Assembly: GCF_964204645.1 (NCBI RefSeq)
Contig: NC_134028.1
Span: 20,211,245 to 20,275,244 of the forward strand
DNA length: 64,000 nucleotides
Direction: 5' to 3'
From: Tubulanus polymorphus
Taxonomy: Eukaryota; Animalia; Nemertea
Position 1 is the stretch's first letter, and every line of letters starts with the position of its first letter. Shown here one piece after another: positions 28,601-43,600 of the stretch. The notes under the pieces are model-generated. The model was not told where the DNA came from. It did not search any database and saw only the letters and a list, made by a program, of their open reading frames with translations. Made by a program: the position numbers and the translations under genes.

Positions 28601-31600
28601 AAGAGTTTTAGCGTTAGACGCTGATTCAACTAACAAACACGAAGTGAAATATTGGATCAGCGGAGGTGACGGTCGAAATCAGTTTCAAATTGATCAGACG
28701 TCCGGTGAAATAAAACTGTGGCAACCAATTGACCGGGATTCACCTAATAATAACACAGCATTCGTTTTACAAGTGAGTTAAATTTTCAGTTTGAAAAAAA
28801 ATGATTGACACTCAGTCAGGGTGACCACGGTTCTGGAAAACTTGATTAAATTTGATAAAACTCTATCATCTAAACAACTTCACATTTAATTCTAAGATTC
28901 CTATCAAAATCTATCGGCAGAAAGTTATTTACTTGGCTAGCTTACTACTTGGGTCTGTCAAGATAACAACTCTGGGGCGAGTTGCACAGTCGTGACTTAA
29001 GTCCAATTGTGGTCTTAAGTTGTTAGATTGGCTATAGAACTAATTTGGTCTTAGACCGGTCTTAAGTCTAAGTCATGACTATGCATCTGGCCCCTGGTCT
29101 TAACTACTGATGTTCATTAAAGAACACAGATAGAGCTCTCTGCCTTTACCGGGGAAACCCGAATGTGAAGTCGTCCTGCCAGTTCCATGTTTTTAGTTAA
29201 AATTGATCTTACATAATTGATGATGAACGAATATCAGGGTCGAATTCAACAAGAAACTGTTGAACTGGTGAGAGACTCTTTAAGAGTTGAGTACGGTAAT
29301 TGAAAATGAACTAATTTCATCTCCGAAAAATCAAATATTAGCTGACAACAGTGGAACACCGAACTGGATATCCACATGTGCAAGCGGACATCTCTTAAAA
29401 ATCTTTAGATAAGCTCTGTGGAAAATGCGATACATTCATGAGTTTGTCTCTGTTTTGCAGGTCTCAGCCAGTGATTTCGTGCCGCTACAAAACGGTACTG
29501 TTATAAACAGCACCGCAACCGTAAAAATCACAGTTCTGGACGTCAACGACAACAAACCCAAATTTGGAAAAAGTAAAAATCATTTTAACTTTTCAACATA
29601 GATTGAAATTTAGGTTGGAAATATTTTATGTCGTTGTTTTATTGTAGGTGTTTACAGCGTAAATGTAAGTGAATTAGCTGCACCTGGAACTGTCATATCA
29701 ACTGATATCAGAGCTACTGATATTGACGAAGGCAATTCAGCTATCGTTCAATACTATCTTCAAACCTCTAATGTAAGTATAAAACTCTCATTCTACAGTA
29801 AACTTCACTTGTCACGGAGCTGATTGATATAATGTTTGAATTTTCCTCCATTAGGCCATAAAGAAACCATCCCCATAGGACCATCCTCCCAGTCAAAAAC
29901 CTGAAAAAATTCCCATGCCCTTCTTCATCTTACTATCAACGATTTATCGGTCCCAGTCTACCATTTTTCTGTGCATCATGAACACAGTTTTCTGTCCAAG
30001 GCTATTAAAAAACCTGGTGTTTGTTTTGCAGGTGCCATTCAGCGTTCAACAAACAACCGGTGATCTGAGTGTTAGCGGGAAACTAGATTTTGACGAAGGG
30101 ATAAAGAAATATGAATTGGTTGTATTAGGAATAGACCAAGGATCTCCATCTCAAACAGGGTAAGTGAGATAAAACATGAAGGCAGAAACATGGTTATTAT
30201 TAGATACGATTTTAGACAATGTCAGGCGCAATTAATGAGGACGGGCACCATTCGTATACCTGGCATGCTGAGTACTAAAGACTTGGGAGGGTAAGAGAGG
30301 TCTTGCCTCAGAAAATCTTGTAAATCAATGATATTTGTTGCATTAAGACATCAGGCTTTACTGATTTTATCGTTTGAGTTGAAAGTGTTTGTGCAGTTTA
30401 TAGCTCTGGACTGAATTCAGTTTTCGGTTAGAATTTGACTTGGATTAAACTTTACTGTAGCACAGTGGAACTGGATCGGGTATTTTCAAGGGCACTAGAA
30501 GTTCATTACTTGTTCCTTATTCTTTATTCCGTTACTTATTGAGAATTCATCTCCCAATAAGGAACAAGGAACAAGTTACTTGTTCCTTATTGGGAGATGA
30601 ATTCTCAATGAGTAACGGAATAAGGAACAAGTGATAAACTTCACTGCTGTGAATTTACATATGAGGGTTGTATAGGCTTTGCTATATTTGCAGATTGAGT
30701 GAAAAATGTTTGCACAATTTAAAGTTGTGTTTGTAAGGGCGCAAGAAAATCTATTCCTCAATGTTTATAAAGTTCGAGTTTTTTCTTCCGTTTCAGGTCG
30801 ACTTCTGTCATTGTAAATATCGAAAATAAAAATGACAACGCGCCGATATTCATCGGCACCCCGTTTGAATTCAAACTGAATGAACAGTTACCACCAGGCA
30901 CTCTGATTGGTCGAACTCAAGCTACCGATCTCGATGGCGATAAGTTAACTTATGCTGTGGATTCATCGGTGAAAGGTACCCTGAAAGACTAGTCTTTATG
31001 AATTTGTGTGGATATTTGTATATCTAGACCCAGTTCGACAGTTGTTGGTTAAGTTTTACTTAGAGTTAAATTTCCATTGTTTTATCCCTATATCCAAGAA
31101 CCGAGAACTGTGGAACTGGATTAACCATGGGGGGTCCTGATTCATAGATTCATATTCTCGGAATTCTTGTAAAATCTTTTCTTTATTTATGGTTTTATTC
31201 CAGACATGATTACAGTAAATGATGCCGGGGAACTGAGAACTTTAATGTCATTAGACTACGAGAAAAATACGACCTTGACATTCGCCGTGAGCACGACAGA
31301 TGGAACGACTATTGTGAATTCACCGGTTAAAATCGACGTTCAAGATATAAACGATAATCCTCCCAGATTTCAGAAAGCGGAATTCAAAGCGAATGTCTCA
31401 GAGGACTCGGCAAATAAAGTCATCATTCAGGTAACTATTGGACTCCTATGGTTTTAGGACCCAATTTGAAAGGACATCTGAGTTAAGATTTGACTCTTAG
31501 AATTAACTCATTGAAAATGAATTAACTTAAACTCAGAGTTAACGCTAACTCATAACTGGAACTGGGGCCAGAAAATTAAGATTTAAGCAATGTATAAAGC

Positions 31601-34600
31601 AGATGCATGTATTACAGTGGTAGACTCCTCTTAACTTGAATGCTTTCAAGTCGAATTATCTCTTGACTCATTAGAACCATTGCAACAGAATGTGAAATGA
31701 ATTCCAATTTCGATATGTCGAATAATCGTCTTCCTTGAACAATAATCACTGGTCCCAATTGATTTGAAGCGATCTACTGTATTAAGTTTCAGTGATTAAA
31801 ATGTTTGCATTGTAATGTCGTCATAATTTAGTGTAGAAGTTTTCTACAAGAATCAAAATTTACTGAGTTAAAATAAAACTTCTTATTTAGCTTGGGGGAA
31901 ATTTTCTACTCATTGGCTGGGCCCTAAGATTCTTTCTGTTTGTCTCTTTCTTCAAGCTTCTTTTTTGATGTTTATTTCAGGTGACAGCTACTGACAGTGA
32001 CAGCGGTATCAATGCTGTTTTACGATACATTATCATTAGTGGCAATCAGGATGGGATTTTCAGCATCAATTCATCGAATGGAGAGATTTCAGTTGTGAAA
32101 GGATCAGCTCTTAATTTCAATGTCAAACCTTTACATTATTTAATAATCCAAGCTAAAGATGGTAAGTATTTGGAAATCTAATGAATGTGCATAGCTGATA
32201 AAAAGTTTACAATGTATGAATTAACCAACTAAATGTAATGTATCCCAACTTGACCACAGACCTAATCTCCACTGGATATCTCAAATTTCAATATTCATTA
32301 GGGCCTATCGACAATAGAATAGAATTGAAGTTTATTTTCATTAAGATGTTACATTATTGGACACGATAACAAAGATATGATTTAAGGAATAAGAATGAAT
32401 GTAAAAGTGCAGAATTGTTGAAATATTATAAGGATATTTGAAATACTAGGAATATTTGGGTGGTTCCTACCACTCTTCTTCAGTCTATGAATGGTAGGAA
32501 TAGAACTATCCAACCCGCCGAACAAGAAGAACCCAGATTATAACATTGCTGGTTTTGATATTTTTATTTCAGGTGGAGACCCGACTTTATCAGCGTTTTG
32601 TACAGTTAAAATTCAAGTTTTAGATATAAACAATAACGCACCAGTTTTTAAGCCTGAATCGTATACTGCTTCAATCAGCGAGAATTTACCTAAAGATTCT
32701 CCGGTTACACAGGTCAGTAAGATATACATTTCATCTAATTTGCATGGTCAGTGAGATGTACACTTTAATGCACATGGCCAGTCTGATATACATTTTGTCT
32801 AATGCACATTATCATATTGATGTTACGTACATATGTATCACAGATTGCTCTAGATAGCAATAAACGCAAGCGATTAATCCTGTACATGAAAATGTACATT
32901 AGTATATATCTGGATCCAGTTCCACAAATTCATACATCTTAACATGTGGATTCCAATAGATGTACAGACTTTAATTCATCATTTATTTGATACAATCTAA
33001 CATTCATATACATGTACATTAGCGAGGTTCTGTTCTTGTACATGTATTCTCTCCATTTGCTGTCAATTCATTGAAACTTCATAGGAAACTCCTCAGACAT
33101 GGCTGGAATAAGAAATACATGCCTTAAATGTGCTGATGTTTTGTAGGTAACTGCGACTGATAAAGACACCGTCGATTCCGTATCTTATCGACTTCTGAAT
33201 CTGAATTCATTATTTAGCGTGAACAGTAAAACCGGTGAAGTTGTGACTCAGCGGCCGCTAAACCGCGAACAAACCGATTCTTACGGTTTGAATATCTCGG
33301 CGTGCGACGCGAAATACTGCGATTACACGACGGTCCGCGTGACCGTCCTCGACGTCAACGATAACCCGCCCGTGTTCAATCGAACTCATTACAAGGCGTA
33401 CGTTCAACAAAACGCTAAACTCGGACGTTTGGTAACGCGCGTCGTAGCGACCGACGACGATATCGATAATAACAAAGAGTTGACGTATTGGATTACGCGG
33501 ACCGACGGTAAGTTCAGTATCGGGTACAATACGGGCGAAGTGCGTCTGGCAGGGGCGGTCGATCGCTCGGTGAAAAGCGTCTACGACATGCGAGTGTACG
33601 TCGAGGACCACGGACGACCGTCGTTGACGATGTTCGTGCCGTTAACCGTTTACATCAACAACACAAACGCGCGCGGCCCGCGGTTCTCGTCGTTCGGCTA
33701 CACGACGGCGATACCGGAAAACGCGACCGCGAACTCGCTGCTGTTGACGATCAACGCGACGGACGAAGACGAAGGGAGCGCCGGCGAATTTACGCTGTCG
33801 ATCACCGGCGGCAACGTAGACGATACGTTCCGTTTGACGTCGAACGGAGATTTGTTTTTGAATAAACCGCTGGATTACGAGAATATTCGTTATTACGAGT
33901 TGAACGTGACAGCGCGCGACAAAGGGGAGGAACCGTTGTCGTCGGTGACGACCGTGCGCATAACGGTGTTGGATATAAACGACGAAAGTCCGCGTTTCGA
34001 GGATCACCCGTCGGTTTTACGCGTTTTACAAACTACGCCTCGAGACAGCGTCATTTACACGTTCACCGCCAACGATAAAGACAGTTACCACGACGGCAAT
34101 AACCTCGTGAATTACTCGTTGGAAACGGGGGCTCCGCAGTTCGCCGTTAACAATACGGGAACGTTGTACGTGAACACCGATGCGCTCGCCGTGCAGACGT
34201 ATACGGTACTGATACGCGCGCACGATCGGGGAAAACCCAGTCGCACGAGTCAGCCCGCGCGCGTACAGGTCGAGGTCGTTGGAGATTTCTCGTTATATCC
34301 GATATTCTCGACAACTCAGTATTATAAGAGATTAGTCAATGAGAGCACAGCACCCCCAGTGGAATTATTGGACATCGATGCGTGGATCGGAGGCGTTAAT
34401 AATGGATTAAAGGATTCGGGGATTAATTATAGTTTAACGGGAGATGGTTCAACGGATTTTACTCTTAATCAAAACACGGTAAGAATTGACTTCTACTTCG
34501 AATTCATAAGTCAGGTCAAGAGGCATGTGGGTGACTTCCTGGTCGAAACAAGGTTGGCCTACTCATTCTTGATGAATGAAATATCGTCACTCACTAGATG

Positions 34601-37600
34601 GTGCAACGAAACACAAACGAGTTATTGGTAGTGGAAATCAGTTCATTTTTGTTGAAATTCGGACTCGATTTTTTAGGCTTCCAAATATGAAATTTATTAG
34701 TTAAAATTTGAGTCATCAAATAGATATAAGATCGACTTTCTCATTCAGTGTATGATGTAGGCCTATGGATTTCACTGAAAATCGGTTTGCTGATAAAAAA
34801 AATCAATTGGAATTTAAGTGTAATAGGAAATTGTAACGCGGTACCTCAGTGCTTCTAAGCGATCCTGGCAGATCATCACTGGATCCTCGCTCGCCAATGT
34901 ACCTTTGCCGATTCTCCATTGTGTTCTTTATTCAAGGTCCTAAAATCAACGGAAAATCAAATACATGACAAAGTAACTCTGCAGAAATTTGAAATTCATC
35001 CCCTATTTTTATACATACTCCAGACCAGTGATTTGTAACCGCAGTTTACGTAATTTGTAATTCATTTCATCCCCTGTTTGCTTGTATTTCTGTATTCCTG
35101 TATGCCTGTTCTGTATCCCATTCTCTGTGAATGTTTAGGGTATTTTGACGATGGTTAAACAACCAGATCGGGAAAGGAGACATTATTATCTGATGATCGC
35201 AACTGCTACTAATATAAAAGATACACGGTATTCCACTCAGGCCGGGGTAAGTAAAAAATACATTCAATACACAACTATAGTGCTGCCGTATCAATACAAC
35301 TTCAAGCTAGGGCACACATCTTTTGCCTGATTGAGACGATTTAAGAAATTGCCTGAAAAGGCTACCTGTATGCCTGTCATGGGGATGTCTGTGCAACGAT
35401 TTTTTCTGATGGACTCAGTCACCCGCATCAAACATTTTGACATTTTTGGCCGATTATTCACATTGGTGATTGGTTCATTCCCATGTCTGTCCATACTCAG
35501 AGTACACCAATAGGATGCAAATAGGATGCACTATTTATATCATGTGATTGGTTAAAATGGCTGGCATAAGATATCAATATTGTGTGTGCGTGTTCGTAAT
35601 CAGGCAAATACGTAGGCCTAATTTGCTGCTGAATTCAATCATCGCGGTCCGGCGAAAAAATAAGCTCGTGTGCCCCTACCTGAAGTAAGCTAGTGCTGTA
35701 TTTCTGTACTCGATGCAATGAAATTCCATAACACTATAACTGGAATCTTGAATTGTTTTGATAAAGTTGAGTATTAATTGATGTGGTCAAGTTCTGTATT
35801 GATAAGGTAAAGTTCTGTGCTAAATTAGATGAATACAAAGAAGTTATGTATTGATACAATGAAGTCCTGTATTGATGCATCTATTATGATGATGTTCTGT
35901 ATTAATATGACAAATTACGTAAAAGACTTGTAGTGATTAACAGGGCAAACATACGCCTGTATCGAGGCCTCTCATATTGTATTGTTACATGTGTTGTTTT
36001 TAGATTTCGATACAAGTTGCCGATACGTCTGATTCTCCGCCTAAATTCCCGTTTCATTTGTACGACGTGACAGTTCCTGAAAATGCTAAAATCGGTGATC
36101 AGGTCATAGCTATAGAAGCAATTGATACTGATCATAATCCAAAGGTACTTACGAGCAATTCTGGTCACCTTTCTCTTGTTTTCATTTTGTATTGTGAATT
36201 ACCTGTAACCATGCTCTTGTTTTCCCCCTGTATTCTGTATTACCAGTAACCCTTCTCTTGGTTCCTTCTGTATTTTGTATTACCAGTAACATTTCTCTTG
36301 TTTTCCTTCTGTATTCTGTATTACCAGTAACATGCTCTTGGTTTCCTTCTGTATTCTGTTTGACCTGTAACCATGCTCTAGTTTCCCTCTGTATTCTGCA
36401 TTACCAGTAACCATTCTCTTGTTTTCCTTCTGTATTCTGAATTAGGCTACCAGTAACCTTTCTCTTTTTTTCCTTCTGTATTCTGCATTACCAGTAACCA
36501 TTCTCTTGTTTTCCTTCTGTATTCTGAATTACCAGTAACCTTTCTCTTGTTTTCCTTCTGTATCCTGAATTACCAGTAACCATTCTCTTGTTTTCCTTCT
36601 GTATTCTGAATTACCAGTAACCTTTCTCTTGCTTTCCTTCTGTATTCTGAATTACCACTCACCTTTCTCTTGTTGTCCTTCTGTATTCTGAATTACCAGT
36701 AACATTTCTCTTGTTTTCCCTCTGTATTCTGCATTACCAGTAACCATTCTCTTGGTTTCCCTCTGGATTCTGATTTGCCACTCACCTTTCTCTTGTTGTC
36801 CTTCTGTATTCTGAATTACCAGTTACAGTTCTCTTGTTTTCCATCCATATTTTGAATTACCAGTAACTGCTCTCCTGGTTTTCAGTTTGTCGACCCTTAT
36901 AATATTTTCTATGGTCGACTAAGCAACTGAATACCTGATTTTGACTTAGATGTAAAATATTTACAACTTGAAAAGACTTAGTGTCCATTGTAAAGTTACA
37001 AATGATGAAAAAGTGACACTATTGTTACAATAATCTGCGTTATGTAAAAATTTTAACTAATATTCTTACATTGTTTATAGTTGACCTACAGTAAAATAAG
37101 TGGTGATTCCGGAGAACTATTCCGCGTTACAACTAGCAACAATCATTGTATTGTTGAAGTTAACAAACGTCTAGATCGAGACCAACTGAACTCAAATCAT
37201 TCTGGGATATTCACACTAGAGGTAAAATGTGGTGTCAGGATTAAGATATTGCAGTGAAAAATCAGGCTTGAGTACTGAAGCCCCTTGGTGACATACGAGA
37301 TAATCTTTTGACAATTTCGACTGATGATGTCGAAAGTCGACTTAATAAATTGAACTTCGACTTCTTATTTCGACTTATTATGTTGAATTATTAAGTCAAA
37401 TATCGAGATAATAAGTCGAAATTTGACATAATAAGTCGAACTTCAAAATGACAACTTACACTTACTAAATTGAATTGGAAATACAACTTGGAACTTAAAA
37501 ACAGAGATGACTTGCCATTGATGACTTAAGCGAGGCTGTATTTTCTGTGTGTTTGTGGTTATTTTTTATGTGGTTATTAAATGATTGATTGTAGGTTAGC

Positions 37601-40600
37601 GTTAATGATGGGAAATATACTGCTAAAACCGTCGTACGGATTCTAGTTGAAGACGTCAATGATAACGCACCTGTTTTTACCGAATCCCAATATACTAAAA
37701 CAGTTCCTGAGGTTCGTATGGTCGGTTGAAAACTGCTTCCCTGGTTTATTCGAGGGGATTTTGAGGCGTTAAATTCTGGATGTTATCATTACTCCATTAT
37801 AGAATATTGGTGCTGGTTTCGAGATTATACAAGTTAAAGCTACGGATGCCGATAAAGTTGATAAGAATAAAATACGGTATAAAATCATTCAAGGTTAGTA
37901 CAAAAACCATTTTCATAACGTACACACATATTTGATATCAAATACATAATAGGGATTAACGGAAAAACTTTATCAGCTGTAGACCCAATGAGGGAACCAT
38001 GCACCCCGCTAAGGAACAACATAAAATAAATTAATTTTAACAATTAGAAAAATGAAAAATGAATGGCAGGATGAAGATGAATAAAATAATTTTAAAGCAA
38101 TCAATCAATGGTTTGCTCTGATTATCTTTTAGGTAATGATGCTGGTAGTTTTGAGATTAGTAAAACAACAGGAATGATTTCTCGATCAAATACTATCAGT
38201 TTAGATCGTGAAGCGAAATCATCTTATGAACTGACGATATTAGCTGAAGACTCCGGTAATAATAATGTAAGTTTTACTCGTTCGACAGATTTCAATCCTT
38301 TGAGATGAGACCGGAATTGATTGAATTAAAATGAACAGATTCAACTGAACTGACATCAAAAATATAAACATCTGTAAATGCTTAATTTTAGGCGACTGCT
38401 ACAGTTATAATCAGTTTATCCGATATCAATGACGAGAAACCGACATTTAAAAACTTGCCTTACAACGCAACCACTAAAGAAGGTTTGTAACATAGTAGTT
38501 GAACTGTTAATGGAACCTATCATCTTGCTTTGGCTGCTCTAGTCTAGTAGAGCCATGATTCCCAAACAATTTTGTTGTAGGGGAACCTGGACATCATCTG
38601 GTATTCAACTAATGCTCATAATTCTCTTGGTTTCGGGTGCTAAATTTGACTCTTTCAAAGATGAAATTTCAAATAAATGTGTTAACGAACTCCTATCAAA
38701 TGTTGACCATGACTCTTGCACCATCTCAAGAAATAAGATATGCAACCTCAACGTTTTAGAATATCCTGACCACAAATTCTGAACCACATTAGGAATTAAA
38801 ATGTCTGACTTCTTTTCAATGTTTTAGGTACAGACAGTCTATCGCTGGTGATAACAGTTTCCGCGACCGACGCCGATGCTGTTGGCAATAATTCTAAGAT
38901 CGTTTATAGTATTACTGAAGGAAATAAAGATCAGGAATTCAAAATACAAACAGTGAACTCGCAGGTGTGTGTTTTAAAATACCAGGTGCAGTAGTCAGAT
39001 TGATGTGAAAAATCTGTGAAATATCCATGAAATTGTGTGAAAGATTCAAGAAAAATGTCAGTCGTAACATTTTGTTCCCCTTTTATGCCATGGAGTTTAG
39101 AATATATACATCTTTATTTGCAAAGGATCGTTTACGTTCTCAAAGAAATAGAAAAGTAAAAGAAAAATAGAATTTACATCAAATTCAGTAGTCTACAATT
39201 TCTATTTTGATCTGTCCAGATTGTGTTCAGTAGGCCTAATAACTTATGTTCTAGTGTCCTGACATTAGAAAAAAAAACTCGAACATGAAAACTGGAAGAT
39301 GTGAAAATTTGTGAAAATTCTTGAGTTTCTGAACCTGACCCCTGCAGGTGTATTGGAGCCAGTAACATTGATTTAATTCAAACATAGTGCCAATTAAAAC
39401 TGATTTTAACTCGCTAATATAGTCATACCCAATCAGAAGTGTAAAGCTGGGTCTAGATGGTTAACTTTTACCAACTTTTCAGCCCGTGAAGGGCTCCCAG
39501 AATTTTACTCTTCAGGAATTTTATGCAGTTAACTCTGAGTATAGAAGCTACCATTTAATGTACCCCATATTGTTCGATCTGTATTTTCAGGGTGTGATAA
39601 GTGTTGTGAAAATGTTAGATCGAGAGAAACCAGGAGTCGAGCTGAGAAATGGTCGTGCAATCTATAAACTTAAAATCGAAGCTAAAGACAATGGAATTCC
39701 ACAGCTATCGGCCTCAGCAACTGTGAGTACTACATTTCACACTTAAACAGTTCATTCAAAAAATAGCGTTTTATTGTTTTGTGAGAGAAAGGTTTTGTTG
39801 GGCTAGATATTTTCAGATTCGTCTATTCTAAGAAATAGTCTAATAATCTACAAGTATCGGGATTAAATATAAACAATTACTTCGAACTCTCAAAAGTGCT
39901 ATCAAAGATTAAAAAGATGTGAAGACTAAAATTGGATACCACTGAATTCCATCGAATGATATTGGAAAACCTTGTTTCATCAATGGGCATTGAAATTTCT
40001 AACCAAGTACAAATTTCTAGGCTAATTGCGAGTCTACTGTATTTTAATAATTCATATTTCACTAGTGAAAATTGTTTTATTTCATTTCAGGTTACAGTCT
40101 ATGTAAAAGATATCAATGATCAACCGCCTAAATTTGATAAACAGCAATATGTGAAATCAGTATCCGAAGGTTCACCGATTGGATTTATAATAACGACTGT
40201 TTCAGCCACGGATCCAGATTTAGCGCTTAATACTCAACTCACATACACCATTGAACCCAGATCTAATACTGATAGTGAGTTTCACATTTCAGTGCTCGGA
40301 GATAAAAGATAAAAACCCACAGTCATCTGTGTATTTCTGTATTTTGCCCTCTGTATTTTCCAACCCTAAAAAAGATATTAATTTCATTCCTGAATAGATT
40401 ACAAATAATTATGGAATAGTAATAAGCTTTATGAGATACATGAATTTCATAAAAATTACGGTTCTATGAAGAACTGTAATAGACCAGCAAGGTTTCGCAA
40501 CAAAGCTTGAAGCTTGAGGCTTGTAGGCCCTGAAACCTTATTTACACTACCCTACCCTAAAACGACAAATACTTGTGATGAATTGGAAATAACCTAATAA

Positions 40601-43600
40601 TAATGATAATTATTATTGTTTCTTGAAGTTGAAGTGGCTTCTCTACTAAATTAATGATTACATTCAAATGTATTTTCAGATATGTTTGCAATCAACAATG
40701 TTACTGGTGAGATAAAATTGATTGGAAATTTGGATATATCAAAACAGAGCTTCTATAACTTACAGTTAGTTGTAACGGACTCTATGCACAAGGCTACAGT
40801 AAGTTATAATTCGGGGAGAAGGACAGGGTAGGGGGAGCAAATTCCCTTTCACTGTGCCGAATTGAGCCCAATCCTTCTGATTGGTCTAGAGCTTCACATG
40901 AATATGAAAATTACCAGTTACAACAAAATGAATTATAAAAAAGACTTATCAAATAGAGTCATGAAATATGTTTAATTACAAAATAGATGCCATAATTCGC
41001 AATTGTTGTGATTTTATTTTGAAAATTCCCATATTGATGACGTAGTTGACATCTACTTACACAATACCCCCTTAAATAATGCATAGTAATTAGGCCTACC
41101 AATAAATATTACTGCATTGGTTTTTACGGCATGAAAAACAATGCACATCTAAATCTTGTGATTCATTCAAGCAGACACTCAAAACAGTTTTATTCCCTGC
41201 TAGCTGCACATAGTTTCTAGAGGAGCGCATTTGAATTTTCATAAGGAGCATTGCGCTATATAAGTGACAATTTGTTATTATTATTATAAATCAAATAGAT
41301 TGATGATATAAATAGAAAAATTTTACACGAGAAATATTTGTGAAATTTCAGGCTCAGATGAGAATCCAAGTGGTTGATGTGAATAACAACGATCCCGTTT
41401 TTACGAAACAAGTTTATCGTTATTCGGTCGCAGAGAACGACGCGTCGCAACAGACGGGTCAGTTCGTCGGCACGGTAACCGCTACCGATCGAGATTCCGG
41501 CCTAAACGGACAGATTAATTACAGTATAACTTCGCGGAACGCGCTGGGACTATTCGCTATCGACGATACGGGAAATATCACGACGAACGCCACTCTAGAT
41601 CGCGAGAAACAGGATCGATATTTGATTATCGTCACGGCAACCGATAAAGGAAAACCAAGTCGGCGGGTAAGTTTTGATACGAACATTTTTCGATTAATTA
41701 CTAGAATATTTGGAAAACGTAAACAGCGTGGCTACTGACCTAGAACTTGGAAAACCCGAGGAAACAGAAAGATCTAGAAAAATCGGGGAAAACTTGGGAA
41801 ATTTGACAGATTTTACCTAAAACCTTAAAAACTTAAAGTGGGAATTTGGATAATGCTAGTGGCCACGTGTTTTTTTAATGTGTGCATGATTCAATGAAAA
41901 ATGAATGAATTGAAACCCAACGCTCTCCTCACCATTGCCAAGTACCTCATCAGGACAAACTCGCAACTTCTTCTACAGATACAGCAACATTTTAAAGGAA
42001 TTTCTCTGATTCACTTGGGGGGAGAGGGGATTTGTGTAATCACATTGACAAATCTACGAAAACTCTGGGGATTCGTAAATGGGTGGCAAGTGGCCAGCCT
42101 GGTAAATATTACGTGTCTACTGGGAGGGAATGAAAGATGATAGATGATTATTACCATACTTCAAATCACTTAAAATCACAATATCAGTGATGCAGTAATA
42201 AGACGTAACGTCATTGCCCAATTGTATATTAACTAAAAAGTTTATTGAAAAATTATTAGAAATATTTTGGGTGGTTACGGCCGATCAATTACGGTGGTTA
42301 AGGGTGGTAATAACCACTCGAAATATTACTTATACATGTACTAAATCAAAATCCATTATCTCAACAAAGTATTGTAATAAGACATAAAATCCCACTTATT
42401 GACTTAACTGATGAATCGCGATGACACACATTATCCGTGTAAGATGAATATACAATATAATCCCACAATATATCAGACAAAGATGAAAAGTTCTAAATAT
42501 GTATTCTTTTACTAAAAACTTTTCATCGTTGGCTGAATTATTGTGGGATTCATGGGCTGCGGTGTAGACGCACTATAGTGGTATTCCAGTTATTCAACAC
42601 ACTATGGTGGAATTTTTCAAAATGTTCAAATTATCCCCAGCACTATAGGGTATTGATTAGTCAGCACTAAAAGGGTTAACCACCGTAATTTGTTTCGTAA
42701 TTATTTTCCAGGGAACAAGTGAAGTTGAGATCAGTTTAACTGATGTAAATGATAACGCGCCTGTATTCACGGCAAACTCATATACAGGAACTGTACCGGA
42801 ACATTCTGTACTCGGAACAACCGTCATCGTGGTATGTTATATTTCTCTTAGCTGCGTCCTATCCGTCTTTCTTCGAGAAACGAGTGTTCTATATTTGTGC
42901 ATGTCTTGTTTTTTGTGTAGAAACCGGTAATCGGTGTCACCGATGCTGATGATGGTTTGAATAAAGCGATCAGATACAGTCTATCGGGTGTAGATAGTTC
43001 ATCGTTTACTATTGATGCAACGACGGGAACGGTTACTGTGGCTACGACCGATAAAACCAAGTTAGATCTTGAAGTTCAAGAATTCTATAACATTCAGGTA
43101 AGAGATATCAAATGTCTGGAGCCCACCTGTACAGTAGTGCTAATCAAGTCCGATAGTTATCTTGAGACGGGTTAGTTGTACAGTCATGGCATAGAGTTAA
43201 GATCGGTCTAAGACCAGATTAGATACATAGCTAATCTAATCACATAAGACCAGCCCTAAAATCTAAGACCAATTTTGGACTTAGTGCAAGTGAGTGCTGG
43301 TCAAAAGTTGCTAGGTTGGCTATAGAACTGAGATGGTCTTAGACTGGCCTCAATGTAAGCCTTCACTATGCAACCTAGCCCAGAACAAGGAAAGAAATAT
43401 CCATTTAGCCAATATCAAGTTAACGAAACTGTAATAATGTAATGTTGTATTTTCTCAGGTCATTGCTATGGATAGGAATGGAACTAGCGGCTTTTTGTCC
43501 AGTTCAGCGAATCTACGAATACAACTGACGGATATCAACGATCAGTTTCCGATATTCAAACGAACTTCTTATCAATTCAACATTTCCGAGAATTCACCTT

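Noticed and set aside
33258-34223. Three minus-strand ORFs
   Set aside because: Antisense shadows of the GC-rich cadherin exon 29
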